A stretch of DNA of 17,289 bases, from contig JAPDJY010000044.1 in NCBI GenBank assembly GCA_029258835.1, positions 1 through 17,289 on the forward strand. The letters run 5' to 3'. The notes beneath the pieces are model-generated. The model worked only from the letters and a program-made list of their open reading frames with translations, was not told the DNA's origin and did not search any database. Within the stretch, counting starts at the first letter, position 1. Every line of letters starts with the position of its first letter. This document shows positions 7,870 to 16,237 of the stretch, piece by piece. The DNA is from Thermoproteota archaeon. Lineage in GTDB: Archaea; Asgardarchaeota; Jordiarchaeia; Jordiarchaeales; Freyrarchaeaceae. The position numbers and the translations under genes were made by a program.

Positions 7870-8847
7870 ATGGCGTTCTTAAGGGCTTGGAGGGAAAAGC
7901 TAATCATCACTTGTGCTTTAACAGGGTCTGCAACGATCCCTTCTCAGACGCCGTATCTCCCCATCACGCCAGACCAGATAGCTGAAGAGGCTTACAGGGC
8001 TTGGGAGGCTGGAGCAGCCGTCGTCCACGTCCACGTTAGGGATCCCAAGACCGGGATGCCGACCGCCGACCTTAACGTCTGGAGGGAGACCTTAACCAAG
8101 ATAAAGGAGAAATGTGACGTGGTGGTCTGCTGCACCACGGGCGGGGGGATGGGGATGACCGCAGAGCAGAGGATAGCCGTCGTACCAGAGTTCGAGCCTG
8201 AAATGTGCTCCTGCAACACTGAAAGCATGAACTTCACCTTGTTCCCCCTAGCGGAGAGGATCAAAGAGTGGAAGACGGAGTGGGAGAAGCCCCTGCTGGA
8301 GGCCAGCAAGGACTTCGTCTTCAAGAACACGTTCGCCGACTTGGAAACGTTCCTTAAGACAATGTACGAGCACAATGTGAAGCCAGAGTTTGAAATCTAC
8401 GGTACGAATGGTATATGGAACCTTGGAGCGTACGTCCAGTTTGGATGGGCTAAGTTCCCGCTTCACATGCAGTTCGTGCTGGGCGTCCTAGGAGGGACGG
8501 GGCCAACAGTGGAGAACTTGCTTCACCTTAAGCACACAGCTGACATGATGTTTGGACCTCAAAACTACACGTGGTCCATTATAGGCGTAGGATACCCCGC
8601 CCAGTTCCACCTTGGAGCGGTAGCCATAACCATGGGTGGCCACGTCAGGGTTGGACTGGAGGACAACATATACGTGAAGTATAAGATAAAAGATGGGCAA
8701 GTGGTCGACAGGGTTCTGGCTAAGAGCAACGCCGAACTGGTCGAGAAGATCGTGAAGATAGCGGACGAGCTAGGTCGAGAAATAGCGACGCCAGCTGATG
8801 CGAGGAGAATGCTGGGCTTAAAGGGAATGGACAAAGTAAAATTCTAA
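7870..8847 (+). CDS. Beta-keto acid cleavage enzyme (BKACE, DUF849; 3-keto-5-aminohexanoate cleavage protein family), paralog 1
   Basis: KLIITCALTG, AGAAVVHVHVRD (Zn HxH), TTGG, SMNF, KPEFE, GGHVRVGLED, SNAELV, REIATP..AR; ATG 7870 follows GGAGGAGG. Confidence 0.95.
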   Translation: MAFLRAWREKLIITCALTGSATIPSQTPYLPITPDQIAEEAYRAWEAGAAVVHVHVRDPKTGMPTADLNVWRETLTKIKEKCDVVVCCTTGGGMGMTAEQRIAVVPEFEPEMCSCNTESMNFTLFPLAERIKEWKTEWEKPLLEASKDFVFKNTFADLETFLKTMYEHNVKPEFEIYGTNGIWNLGAYVQFGWAKFPLHMQFVLGVLGGTGPTVENLLHLKHTADMMFGPQNYTWSIIGVGYPAQFHLGAVAITMGGHVRVGLEDNIYVKYKIKDGQVVDRVLAKSNAELVEKIVKIADELGREIATPADARRMLGLKGMDKVKF

Positions 8848-8857
8848 ATCTCCCTGC

Positions 8858-8879
8858 TTTTCACCCACTTTTTTACTTT
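8858..8879 (+). terminator. Oligo-T archaeal terminator after BKACE-1
   Basis: TTTT...TTTTTT..TTT tracts within about 30 nt of the stop. Confidence 0.5.
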
Positions 8880-9150
8880 CCTACACTAGTTGAAGCATTT
8901 GAAGGCGTATAAAAGTTATAGAGTTAAGGTGACTAGCTGAGGAGAGGGGTCGGCAGGGCTTAACCCGGGTTTTCATCTTCTTTCCCTCGGTTTGTTGGCG
9001 ACACGCGGCTTCCTTGGTTATGATCGTTTAACGCTTAGTTATGAGGGGGCGAATCCGGAGACGTAGAAGAGGGTTTATTGAGATAATGTTTATATTTTCT
9101 GATTTCCTTACTTACTCCTTAAACTGGAACCGGGTTTGAGGGGAGTGGAG

Positions 9151-10041
9151 TTGGCTGAGAAGAAGGAGAAGCTGATTATAACCGCCGCCGTCACGGGTGG
9201 CGACTTTGTTTCTAAGTGGTTGACGCCATACGTTCCGTCGACTGTTGACGAGATCGTTGAGGAAGTTGTCCGTGTGAGGAAGGCTGGCGCTTCCATCGTC
9301 CACCTTCACGCTAAGGATCCCGAAACAGGAGCGCCGGCAAAGGATCCCAACCCTGTCCTGAAGGAGTACGTTGAAAGAATTAGGGAGAGCGAGGCGTCAG
9401 ACATAATAATCAACATTACTACGGGTGGGGGGAGGTTCGTTGAACCAGAGAAGCTGGACGAGATCATGAGGGAGAGAACCACTTTCGGACAGGAGATGTG
9501 CTCCCTCAACATGGGCTCCCTTAACCTTTGGGAGGACATGGGAATACCCCAGCTGAGAGACATGATCTTTGGCAACCCGATCAACACGATCGTCAGGTGG
9601 GCGGGTTACATGTACGAGAACGGCGTCAAGCCAGAGCTTGAAATATACGACACAGGCATGATCAACGCTGCCAAGAGGCTGGTTGCGGAGGGGGCGCTCA
9701 AAGAGCCGCTCCACATCCAGTTCGTTATGTTCGACGGGTTGTCCTGTATGTCGCCCAACCTTAAAACGCTCCTTTACTGCGTCGAGTCTATACCGAGCAA
9801 CTGGACATGGTCTGTTTGCGCTCCGGGCAGGTACGAGATGGAGATGGCTGCAGCAGCCATAATCCTTGGAGGACACGTCAGGGTAGGCATGGAGGACAAC
9901 ATCTACCTTGAGAAAGGGGTTCTGGCTAAGAGCAACGCCGAACTGGTCGAGAAGGTGGTTAGGATAGCTAAGGAGCTTCAGAGAGAAATAGCGACGCCGG
10001 ATGAAGCAAGGAAAATTCTAGGGTTAAAGCCAAGAGAGTAA
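9151..10041 (+). CDS. Beta-keto acid cleavage enzyme (BKACE, DUF849), paralog 2
   Basis: KLIITAAVTG, AGASIVHLHAKD, TTGG, SLNMGSLN, KPELEIYD, GGHVRVGMED, SNAELV, REIATPDEAR; start TTG 9151 or 9136; TTTATAT TATA-like box at 9088-9094. Confidence 0.95.
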   Translation: MAEKKEKLIITAAVTGGDFVSKWLTPYVPSTVDEIVEEVVRVRKAGASIVHLHAKDPETGAPAKDPNPVLKEYVERIRESEASDIIINITTGGGRFVEPEKLDEIMRERTTFGQEMCSLNMGSLNLWEDMGIPQLRDMIFGNPINTIVRWAGYMYENGVKPELEIYDTGMINAAKRLVAEGALKEPLHIQFVMFDGLSCMSPNLKTLLYCVESIPSNWTWSVCAPGRYEMEMAAAAIILGGHVRVGMEDNIYLEKGVLAKSNAELVEKVVRIAKELQREIATPDEARKILGLKPRE

Positions 10042-10050
10042 GCAAACCAC

Positions 10051-10104
10051 TCTCGTTTTTCTTCTTTCCGAGTGAAAAAAAATGAGAGGAGCAAAACAAA
10101 AAAT
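10051..10104. terminator. Bidirectional oligo-T terminator region between convergent BKACE-2 and CoA-transferase genes
   Basis: T-tracts on + (10056-10067) and A-tracts, i.e. T-tracts on -, at 10075-10082 and 10093-10104. Confidence 0.55.
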
Positions 10105-10108
10105 AGGT

Positions 10109-10882
10109 TTATTTTTGTTTTCCAATAACTATCCACGCCTCTCTTATCCCTCTGAGGATCTCCAGTTCTCTTGGTGACGGCTCCTCCGTCGTCTCCACCT
10201 TGTCTGCAACTAGGAGCTCGAAGCTGGTGTTTTTCATCACGTCTTCAACCGTTACGCCCGGGTGGACGGAGATCAGCCTCATCCTCTTGGTTTCCTCGTC
10301 GAAGTCGTAGACCCCCAGCTGGGTTATCACCCTGTATGGCCCGGAGCCTTCCGGCAGCCCTGCTTTCTCCCTAGCTCCGGGGCCTGAAAGGTATCCGGGC
10401 GTGGTTATGAAGTCGACTTTCTCCACGAACCTCTGAGGGTCCTGCCTCATTATGATGATCGTCCTCCAGGCTAGGGAGCCTCCATCGTTGGCTCCGCCGC
10501 TTCCTGGAAGCCTAACCTTTGGGTTGTCATGCTCCCCTATCACCGTAGTGTTCAGGTTCCCGTACATGTCTATTTGAGCCCCTCCGAGGAAAGCGTAGTC
10601 GAAGTATCCTAGCTGTGCGCATGACATCACATAGTCCATGCTTGTAGCCATCAAAGCCTTGTAGAATGTCCTCGAGTCGCCAACCGATATCGGGAGGGCG
10701 GGGACCTCGGGTCCAAGTCCGCCAGCCTCGAAGAAGATGACCATGTTTGGTGCGTGAAGCCTCTGGGCGAGCATGGCGGCGAGTATCGGCAATCCCGTCC
10801 CGACGAAGACTATTTTCTTATCTTCAAGAAATCTGGCTGCGACACATGCCATAAGCTCGGTCATATTATACGGCTTAGACAT
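10109..10882 (-). CDS. CoA-transferase subunit B, glutaconate CoA-transferase (GctB)/3-oxoacid CoA-transferase-like
   Basis: VFVGTGLP, IFFEAGG (catalytic Glu position), FLGGAQIDMYGNLN, RLPGSGGAND, RFVEKVDFITTPG, GPYRVIT.LGV, SVHPGVT. Confidence 0.92.
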   Translation of the reverse strand: MSKPYNMTELMACVAARFLEDKKIVFVGTGLPILAAMLAQRLHAPNMVIFFEAGGLGPEVPALPISVGDSRTFYKALMATSMDYVMSCAQLGYFDYAFLGGAQIDMYGNLNTTVIGEHDNPKVRLPGSGGANDGGSLAWRTIIIMRQDPQRFVEKVDFITTPGYLSGPGAREKAGLPEGSGPYRVITQLGVYDFDEETKRMRLISVHPGVTVEDVMKNTSFELLVADKVETTEEPSPRELEILRGIREAWIVIGKQK

Positions 10883-10898
10883 CTTAACCTCATCCCCC

Positions 10899-11924
10899 TT
10901 ACTTTTTCTTTTTCTTCTCGGTCCAGGGAGCCTTCAGGGGGGCTCTAAGCTGCTCAAGCTTCTTGAGGTAGTTCAGTTTCTTCAGTCCACCTATCTTCTC
11001 AAGGTACTCTTCGAAGCTGTCAACGCTGTAAACGTACTTTTCGAAGTACTGGTCTACGCCTTCAGGGGTTCGCGACAGTTCAAGCCACTCGGCGATGTGC
11101 TCCTCGTCGAAGTAGTACATGTATGGCATGTTGCATGGATGGGAACCGTACGGGATCTCAACCACGGCGTCAACCAGGAAGTATGGTATGACCGTCCTCC
11201 AAGGCTCCCTTCTTATCTCCTCGTTCGGGATAATCTCCTCCGTGGTTACTATGAGCCTCTTCGCAGCCCTGGCAAGCTCGTAGTCCTCTATTGTTATCCC
11301 GTCTATCTGGCAGTTCCCATACACGTCGCACCTGTGAACGTGCATAAAGACGACGTCAGGGTAGCATGCCGGAAGCAGGCATATCGGCTTACCGGAGAAC
11401 GGGTCTTCGACCACCTTCGCCGAACTCCACCTGAAGGTGTCGGTTCCGAGCATGACCCTTGTCGGTATGAATGGAAGCCCCATGGCTGCAGCCTTGAAGC
11501 GCCACTGGAAGCCCGCATTACTCCACTCGGATACGACCTTGGCCTTCCCCTCCTCAACCATCCTCCTAGACGCCGGGGAGAGGCCCCTAAGCTCGTGTCC
11601 GAAACAGTAGGCTACTTCAAGCTTGTCTACAACCCCTGAAGCTACGAGAACGTCGACATCGTGGACGGCAGTCTTACCTGCGAGGGTTATGTGCCTCTTC
11701 CTCTGCCTTATCATTTCGTATATGGCGGCCATCGAGATCCTTATGTGTCCGAAGCCTCCCATTGCAAGGTAGCATCCGTCATATACAAACTTTGAAACGG
11801 CCTCCTTCAGGTCCATGGTCTTGTCGACCATGTCCCTCCTCTTGTTCTCCCTAACCCACCTTCTAGCCTCGTCGTGGTCCATCCAAGCCAGCAGCTCTCC
11901 TTTTCCCTCTTCCAAAACCTTCAT
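10899..11924 (-). CDS. CoA-transferase subunit A, GctA-like
   Basis: V.DG..LAMGGF, EWSNA..WRFKAAAMGLPF.P, DPFSG, PDV.F.HV.RCD.YGN, A.AAKRLIVT.EEI, VIP..LVDAVV..P.GSHP; ATG 11924 follows RBS GGGGGA. Confidence 0.92.
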   Translation of the reverse strand: MKVLEEGKGELLAWMDHDEARRWVRENKRRDMVDKTMDLKEAVSKFVYDGCYLAMGGFGHIRISMAAIYEMIRQRKRHITLAGKTAVHDVDVLVASGVVDKLEVAYCFGHELRGLSPASRRMVEEGKAKVVSEWSNAGFQWRFKAAAMGLPFIPTRVMLGTDTFRWSSAKVVEDPFSGKPICLLPACYPDVVFMHVHRCDVYGNCQIDGITIEDYELARAAKRLIVTTEEIIPNEEIRREPWRTVIPYFLVDAVVEIPYGSHPCNMPYMYYFDEEHIAEWLELSRTPEGVDQYFEKYVYSVDSFEEYLEKIGGLKKLNYLKKLEQLRAPLKAPWTEKKKKK

Positions 11925-12048
11925 TAAATCCCCCCAAGAACGGTGCAAATACGGTTGAGTTCCAGCAAAAATATAAGATTTATGGTTCCGTAGACTTTTG
12001 GCTCAATCTATGGTGATGCTCGTGTGCGCTAAAAGGTGAGTATGGGGT

Positions 12049-13602
12049 TCAGAACATTTCACCCTCCTTAACCCAGCTGGGGAACCACCTGTAGTATTCT
12101 GGCGGGTTGGCTTCCTTCAGCCCCTTGTATGTCGCCTTGGCTAGGGCTATCCTTCCAGCCCTGTCCCTGTAGATCTTAACCAGCCCCTTCTCCTCTAACC
12201 CTGTTAGGGCCTCCTCAAGCTTGTCCATGCTTGCAGGGTCCACCCTGAGCTCGAAGGCTAGGTCTTCGACCGTCATGAATAGTCCGGGGTTAGCCCTATA
12301 GTCCTCTGCGAGAACTTTAAGCACGTTCTCCTCGTTGACGGGCGTTCCTTCAGGCATTAACGGTTCAGCCTTGTAGTATGGTATTGGGACGCCTAGCTCC
12401 TTGTGGATCCTCCTCTTAGGAGGCTCCAGCTCCTTGGCTAGCAGCCTGAGGCCGAACCGTGCTATAAGGAGGCGTAGAACCTCGTTTGTTCCTGCCCCAA
12501 TCTCCATGATCTTAGCGCTCCTCATAGCATACTCTAACGGGTAGAACTTTGTCAGGCCGTCTCCTCCCATAACCTGTATCATGTCTAAGCATGCCTTGGT
12601 GACTGCCTCGGACCCATAAACCTTAGCGGCTGTAGCCTCTATTAGAGGCTGCTCCCCCCGGTCTACCAGGTAGGCGGCGTAGTAGGTTAGGAGCCTGTAC
12701 GTTTTCCAGCTGGCTATGACGTCGGCCAGCTTGATCATGTTCGTTTGGAACGTGGCTGTGGGCCTGTTAAATTGTATTCTCCTCTGGCTGTGGAAGACTG
12801 CGTAGGTTATGAGATCTCTGAACGTTCCAACTATGCCTGCAGCCCCCAGAGTCCTTTCGAAGTTGAGGCCGCTGATCATTATGTTCCATCCGTCCCCCTC
12901 CTCTCCAAGCCTGTTCTCAGCGGGAACTCTAACCTCGTCGAAGTTAAGGTATCCGTTTCTGACCCCGTCCCATCCGCTCAGCTCATTTATTTTTTCAACG
13001 CTGAACCCGGGGGTTCCCTTCTCCACTATGAACGCGCTAAGGTGGCGGCGGCTCGCAATGTCCTTAGGGTCGTCGCTTGTCCTAGCGTAAACCATGTATA
13101 TGTCCGCTAGCCCCGTGTTGCTTATAAACCGCTTTTTCCCGAGTATGACGTACTCGTCCCCTTCCCTCCTAGCGGTTGTCTCAACTCCACCAGCATCCGA
13201 GCCCACGAAGGGCTCGGTTAGCGTTATAGCCCCCATAAGCTTTCCCTTAGCTATGCCCGGAAGCCACCTCTCCTTCTGCTCCTCATTCCCGAAATGGGCG
13301 ATCTGGTGTGTCCCACCAAACATCGTCGTGCTGAAGGCCACGCATACGCTTCCAAGGGGAGTGGTTAACTCGGCAACTATGCAGCAAGCTGTTACGCCGT
13401 AGCGTGGGCCAAGCCCACCATACTCCTCAGGTATTATGGTTCCGAACCATCCTCTCCCACCCATCTCGTTGTATATGTCCCATGGAAACTCCTTTTTCCA
13501 GGTGGCTTCAGCCGCACGTGGGGCCTTTTCCTTAGCAAACTCCTCAACCTCATCAGCAAGTTTTCTCTGCTCCTCATTCCACCAAGGATACTTCTCAACC
13601 AT
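12049..13602 (-). CDS. Acyl-CoA dehydrogenase (isovaleryl-CoA-dehydrogenase-type active site) with a C-terminal winged-helix-like extension
   Basis: PEEYGGLG, GNEEQKERWLP, LTEP..GSDA, GKKRFISN, GEEGDGW, GLNFER, RIQFNRP, IQVMGGDG, EIGAGTNE, plus about 125 extra C-terminal residues; ATG 13602 follows GGAGGGG (ORF track start 13674). Confidence 0.93.
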   Translation of the reverse strand: MVEKYPWWNEEQRKLADEVEEFAKEKAPRAAEATWKKEFPWDIYNEMGGRGWFGTIIPEEYGGLGPRYGVTACCIVAELTTPLGSVCVAFSTTMFGGTHQIAHFGNEEQKERWLPGIAKGKLMGAITLTEPFVGSDAGGVETTARREGDEYVILGKKRFISNTGLADIYMVYARTSDDPKDIASRRHLSAFIVEKGTPGFSVEKINELSGWDGVRNGYLNFDEVRVPAENRLGEEGDGWNIMISGLNFERTLGAAGIVGTFRDLITYAVFHSQRRIQFNRPTATFQTNMIKLADVIASWKTYRLLTYYAAYLVDRGEQPLIEATAAKVYGSEAVTKACLDMIQVMGGDGLTKFYPLEYAMRSAKIMEIGAGTNEVLRLLIARFGLRLLAKELEPPKRRIHKELGVPIPYYKAEPLMPEGTPVNEENVLKVLAEDYRANPGLFMTVEDLAFELRVDPASMDKLEEALTGLEEKGLVKIYRDRAGRIALAKATYKGLKEANPPEYYRWFPSWVKEGEMF

Positions 13603-13740
13603 CCCATTTCCCCTCCAACTAGGACCCAGAAGACGAAAAACAGAAGATACATTTAGAGATATAACGTTTTTCATTGTTCCTCTCTGTAGGAGAGGCCATG
13701 CAGAAATAAAGGTAAAGTAAATTTATGATGAAAATGATGA

Positions 13741-13770
13741 GGTGGTTTTCCATTAGGCGGTTTTCCATTA
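13741..13770. repeat. Tandem 15-bp direct repeat GG(T/C)GGTTTTCCATTA x2
   Basis: 13741-13755 ggtggttttccatta and 13756-13770 ggcggttttccatta (14/15 identical), preceded by ATGATGA x2 (13725-13731, 13734-13740). Confidence 0.85.
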
Positions 13771-13838
13771 AAGTTTAGGCGGTGGCGGAGGGCGTTTCAC
13801 CTTCTTATTCGTGAGGGGCGCCGCCTTAACATGGCTTT

Positions 13839-15767
13839 TTAAGGGGAAGAAGGGATGATATCCTTTACGAGGGAGTATATTTTTTCGGGTTTTACGTCCG
13901 GCAGCCTTACGTACCTTGCTTGGGCATGCTCTACTATTGTTTGAATGTAGCTGGGCTTCCAAGGGTCAGGGCGCGTATCAACCACTAGGGTTGAGGCTTC
14001 GAGCTCCCTCAGAGCTCTTGAAAGGCGTTCAAGTTCCACCCTCACGTTTGACCCTGGGCTGAGCGGGACGTTTGCCCGTCCATCCGTTATGAGGACTACT
14101 ATCGGTTTAAGCTCACGCTTAGACAGCCTCTGCTTTCTGATCAACTCCACGGCTTGGAGAAGGGCTGACGAGAGGGGGGTTTTCCCTCCGGTTGGAAGCT
14201 CGCCTAGGAGGCGCACGGCAAGGTCGAGGTTGGATGTTGGAGGAAGCACCACCTGAGCGCTGCCACCTCTGAATGATATGAAGGCAACTTGATCCCTGTT
14301 AACGTATGCTTCGCGGAGAAGGGATAGGGCTGCGCCCTTAGCTGCCTCCATCCTCCTCAGTACTGCCATGGAGCCGCTGGCATCGACCACGAGAACTATG
14401 AGAGATGAAGCCCTAGTGAACCTCACCTTCTCTCTTAAGTCCTCGGGCTTAACGGTTAGCATGCCTCCAGTCCATCCTCCCCTAGCCGCCGCGGCTCTTA
14501 GGGTTGCGTCGATCGCTATGTCCCTCGGCGTTCCCCGTGGAATGGTACTGGCAACGTAGGCTCCCTTACCGTTTCCAGCTTTAACCCTCAGCCTCCTCCC
14601 GGTTCTAGGAGTCCCCCTCGCCTTCTCACTAAGGTTGAAGTCTAGGGAGTAGGAGGGGTCGGCTTCAAACATTCTCTCACCCGTAGGCTGCCCCTCTCCA
14701 CTTTCCCCCTCTTCAACCCTTCCAATCGATTCCCTAGCCTCCTCCAGGAGGCTTCTTATCTGCTGTGGCTCTAGGCGTGGCTGCTCGAAGGGGTGCCTCC
14801 TCACCCTGTGAGGGAGCGCTAGGCTCATGGCCTCCTCGACGTCTTGCTCGCTGACGCTTACGCGCCCGTCTAGGGCTGCTATGGTTTTAGCCGCCTTCAC
14901 TATGGCTATCTCCGCCCTGCTGCTCGTCTTCAGGCTGGCGCAGACGCTTGCAACCGTTAACAGGAGTTCATCGCTCATGGTGACTTTAGGCAGTGTTTCC
15001 ATAGCATTGGCAATCCTCTCCTTAAGGTCTTCCTGGCTATCCCTGTATTTTTCGATGAAGGTGGAGGGGTCTGCTTCGAAGGCCTCCACTCTCTTTACTA
15101 TCTCAACTCTGAGGTGGGGGTCTTCAAGGTTTTCCACGTCGACTTGAAGCCCGAACCTGTCAAGAAGCTGCGGCCTGAGCTCCCCCTCCTCCGGGTTCAT
15201 CGTGCCGACGAGTATGAACTTCGCCGGGTGGGACACCGATACCCCCTCGCGCTCAACCACGTTGACGCCGCTCGCCGCCGCATCCAGCAGGATGTCTGCC
15301 ACGTAGTCGTCGAGCAAGTTTACCTCGTCGACGTAGAGGATCCCCCTGTTCGCCTCAGCCAGCAGCCCAGGCTCGAGGGCCTTTAACCCCTCCTTCAAGG
15401 CTCTTTCTATGTCGAGTGTTCCAGCAACCCTGTCAACCGTTGCGTTGAGAGGTAAATCCACTATCCTAACCTTTCTCTTTACGGATGGCAGGGATCCCTC
15501 CTTCTCGTACCTTTCAAAGCAGTTGTCGCACATCTCCGCTGGGTTATGGGGGTTACAGTTGAAGGGGCACCCCTCAACAACCTCTATTTCTGGGAGGAGC
15601 TCCGCCAGCCCCCTGACCGCGGTTGACTTACCTGTCCCCTTCTCACCCCTTATCAGGACGCCGCCTATCCTGGGGTTGACGGCGTTTAAAACCAGCGCCT
15701 TCTTCATAGGCTCCTGGTCCACTATCGCTGTGAAGGGGTAGAGGAACCTTCTCACGTGGTGGGGCAA
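13839..15767 (-). CDS. chlD: Magnesium/cobalt chelatase subunit D/I-like protein (AAA+ ATPase fused to VWA domain)
   Basis: YPFTAIV.Q, Walker [15 protein letters not shown]...[46 protein letters not shown]; [27 protein letters not shown]; TTG start after GGTGA. Confidence 0.9.
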   Translation of the reverse strand: MPHHVRRFLYPFTAIVDQEPMKKALVLNAVNPRIGGVLIRGEKGTGKSTAVRGLAELLPEIEVVEGCPFNCNPHNPAEMCDNCFERYEKEGSLPSVKRKVRIVDLPLNATVDRVAGTLDIERALKEGLKALEPGLLAEANRGILYVDEVNLLDDYVADILLDAAASGVNVVEREGVSVSHPAKFILVGTMNPEEGELRPQLLDRFGLQVDVENLEDPHLRVEIVKRVEAFEADPSTFIEKYRDSQEDLKERIANAMETLPKVTMSDELLLTVASVCASLKTSSRAEIAIVKAAKTIAALDGRVSVSEQDVEEAMSLALPHRVRRHPFEQPRLEPQQIRSLLEEARESIGRVEEGESGEGQPTGERMFEADPSYSLDFNLSEKARGTPRTGRRLRVKAGNGKGAYVASTIPRGTPRDIAIDATLRAAAARGGWTGGMLTVKPEDLREKVRFTRASSLIVLVVDASGSMAVLRRMEAAKGAALSLLREAYVNRDQVAFISFRGGSAQVVLPPTSNLDLAVRLLGELPTGGKTPLSSALLQAVELIRKQRLSKRELKPIVVLITDGRANVPLSPGSNVRVELERLSRALRELEASTLVVDTRPDPWKPSYIQTIVEHAQARYVRLPDVKPEKIYSLVKDIIPSSP

Positions 15768-15910
15768 CCCATCACCATCCCGTCTTTAATAGGACGTTCA
15801 ACGTGTAATGTTAAAAATGTTTCTGAAAGTATTACCGTTTGGGCCCTAGCTGAAGCCGGGCTACGAGCTCCGCGGCCGCCGTCAACCTTCTACGGCGCCT
15901 CGCGATGCTA

Positions 15911-15924
15911 CATTGTATACAATG
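15911..15924. promoter_or_regulatory. Perfect 14-bp palindrome, probable VapB(C) operator next to the TATA box
   Basis: CATTGTATACAATG is its own reverse complement; followed by AAGAAATATATTA (BRE/TATA-like, 15928-15940). Confidence 0.65.
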
Positions 15925-15973
15925 CGTAAGAAATATATTATTTACATTTCCCATTCCTTAAGGGGTGGTGCCG

Positions 15974-16237
15974 TTGTCAACCGTCAGGGTAAGCGATGAA
16001 ACTAAGAGGATGCTTGTGCTGGTTAGCTCGAAGCTTCAGGAGATGCTTGGGAGAAGGGTAAGTTTCGACGAGGCAATACGGTTTATGGCGCAAACCTTCC
16101 TCGAGAGAGAAGGGAACGTAGCAGGCTTATTTGGCGTACTGAAAGAGGTGGAAGCCAGCGAACTACATGAAATCCTAAGGTTGGAAAGGAGGAGGGACGA
16201 GGAAGGGGTGAGAAGGGTTGAGAAGGGTAGTGGTTGA
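15974..16237 (+). CDS. vapB: VapB-type antitoxin (ribbon-helix-helix-like)
   Basis: STVRVSDETKRML...LGRRVSFDEAIRF beta-alpha-alpha pattern, LFGVL and charged tail (ERRRDEE); overlaps the PIN gene by 20 nt; start 15965, 15968 or 15974. Confidence 0.8.
   Translation: MSTVRVSDETKRMLVLVSSKLQEMLGRRVSFDEAIRFMAQTFLEREGNVAGLFGVLKEVEASELHEILRLERRRDEEGVRRVEKGSG

Noticed and set aside
10773-11639. 288-aa + strand ORF and the other short nested ORFs in the track
   Set aside because: Antisense or alternate-frame shadows of genes with clear family motifs
13725-13800. C/D box sRNA (two ATGATGA C-box matches)
   Set aside because: No CTGA D box at a suitable distance downstream
14690-14730. Programmed frameshift site in the chlD linker (reported for some chlD genes) at GAG GGG GAA AGT
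   Set aside because: The gene is uninterrupted and the G5-A3 tract is not a correctly phased slippery heptamer
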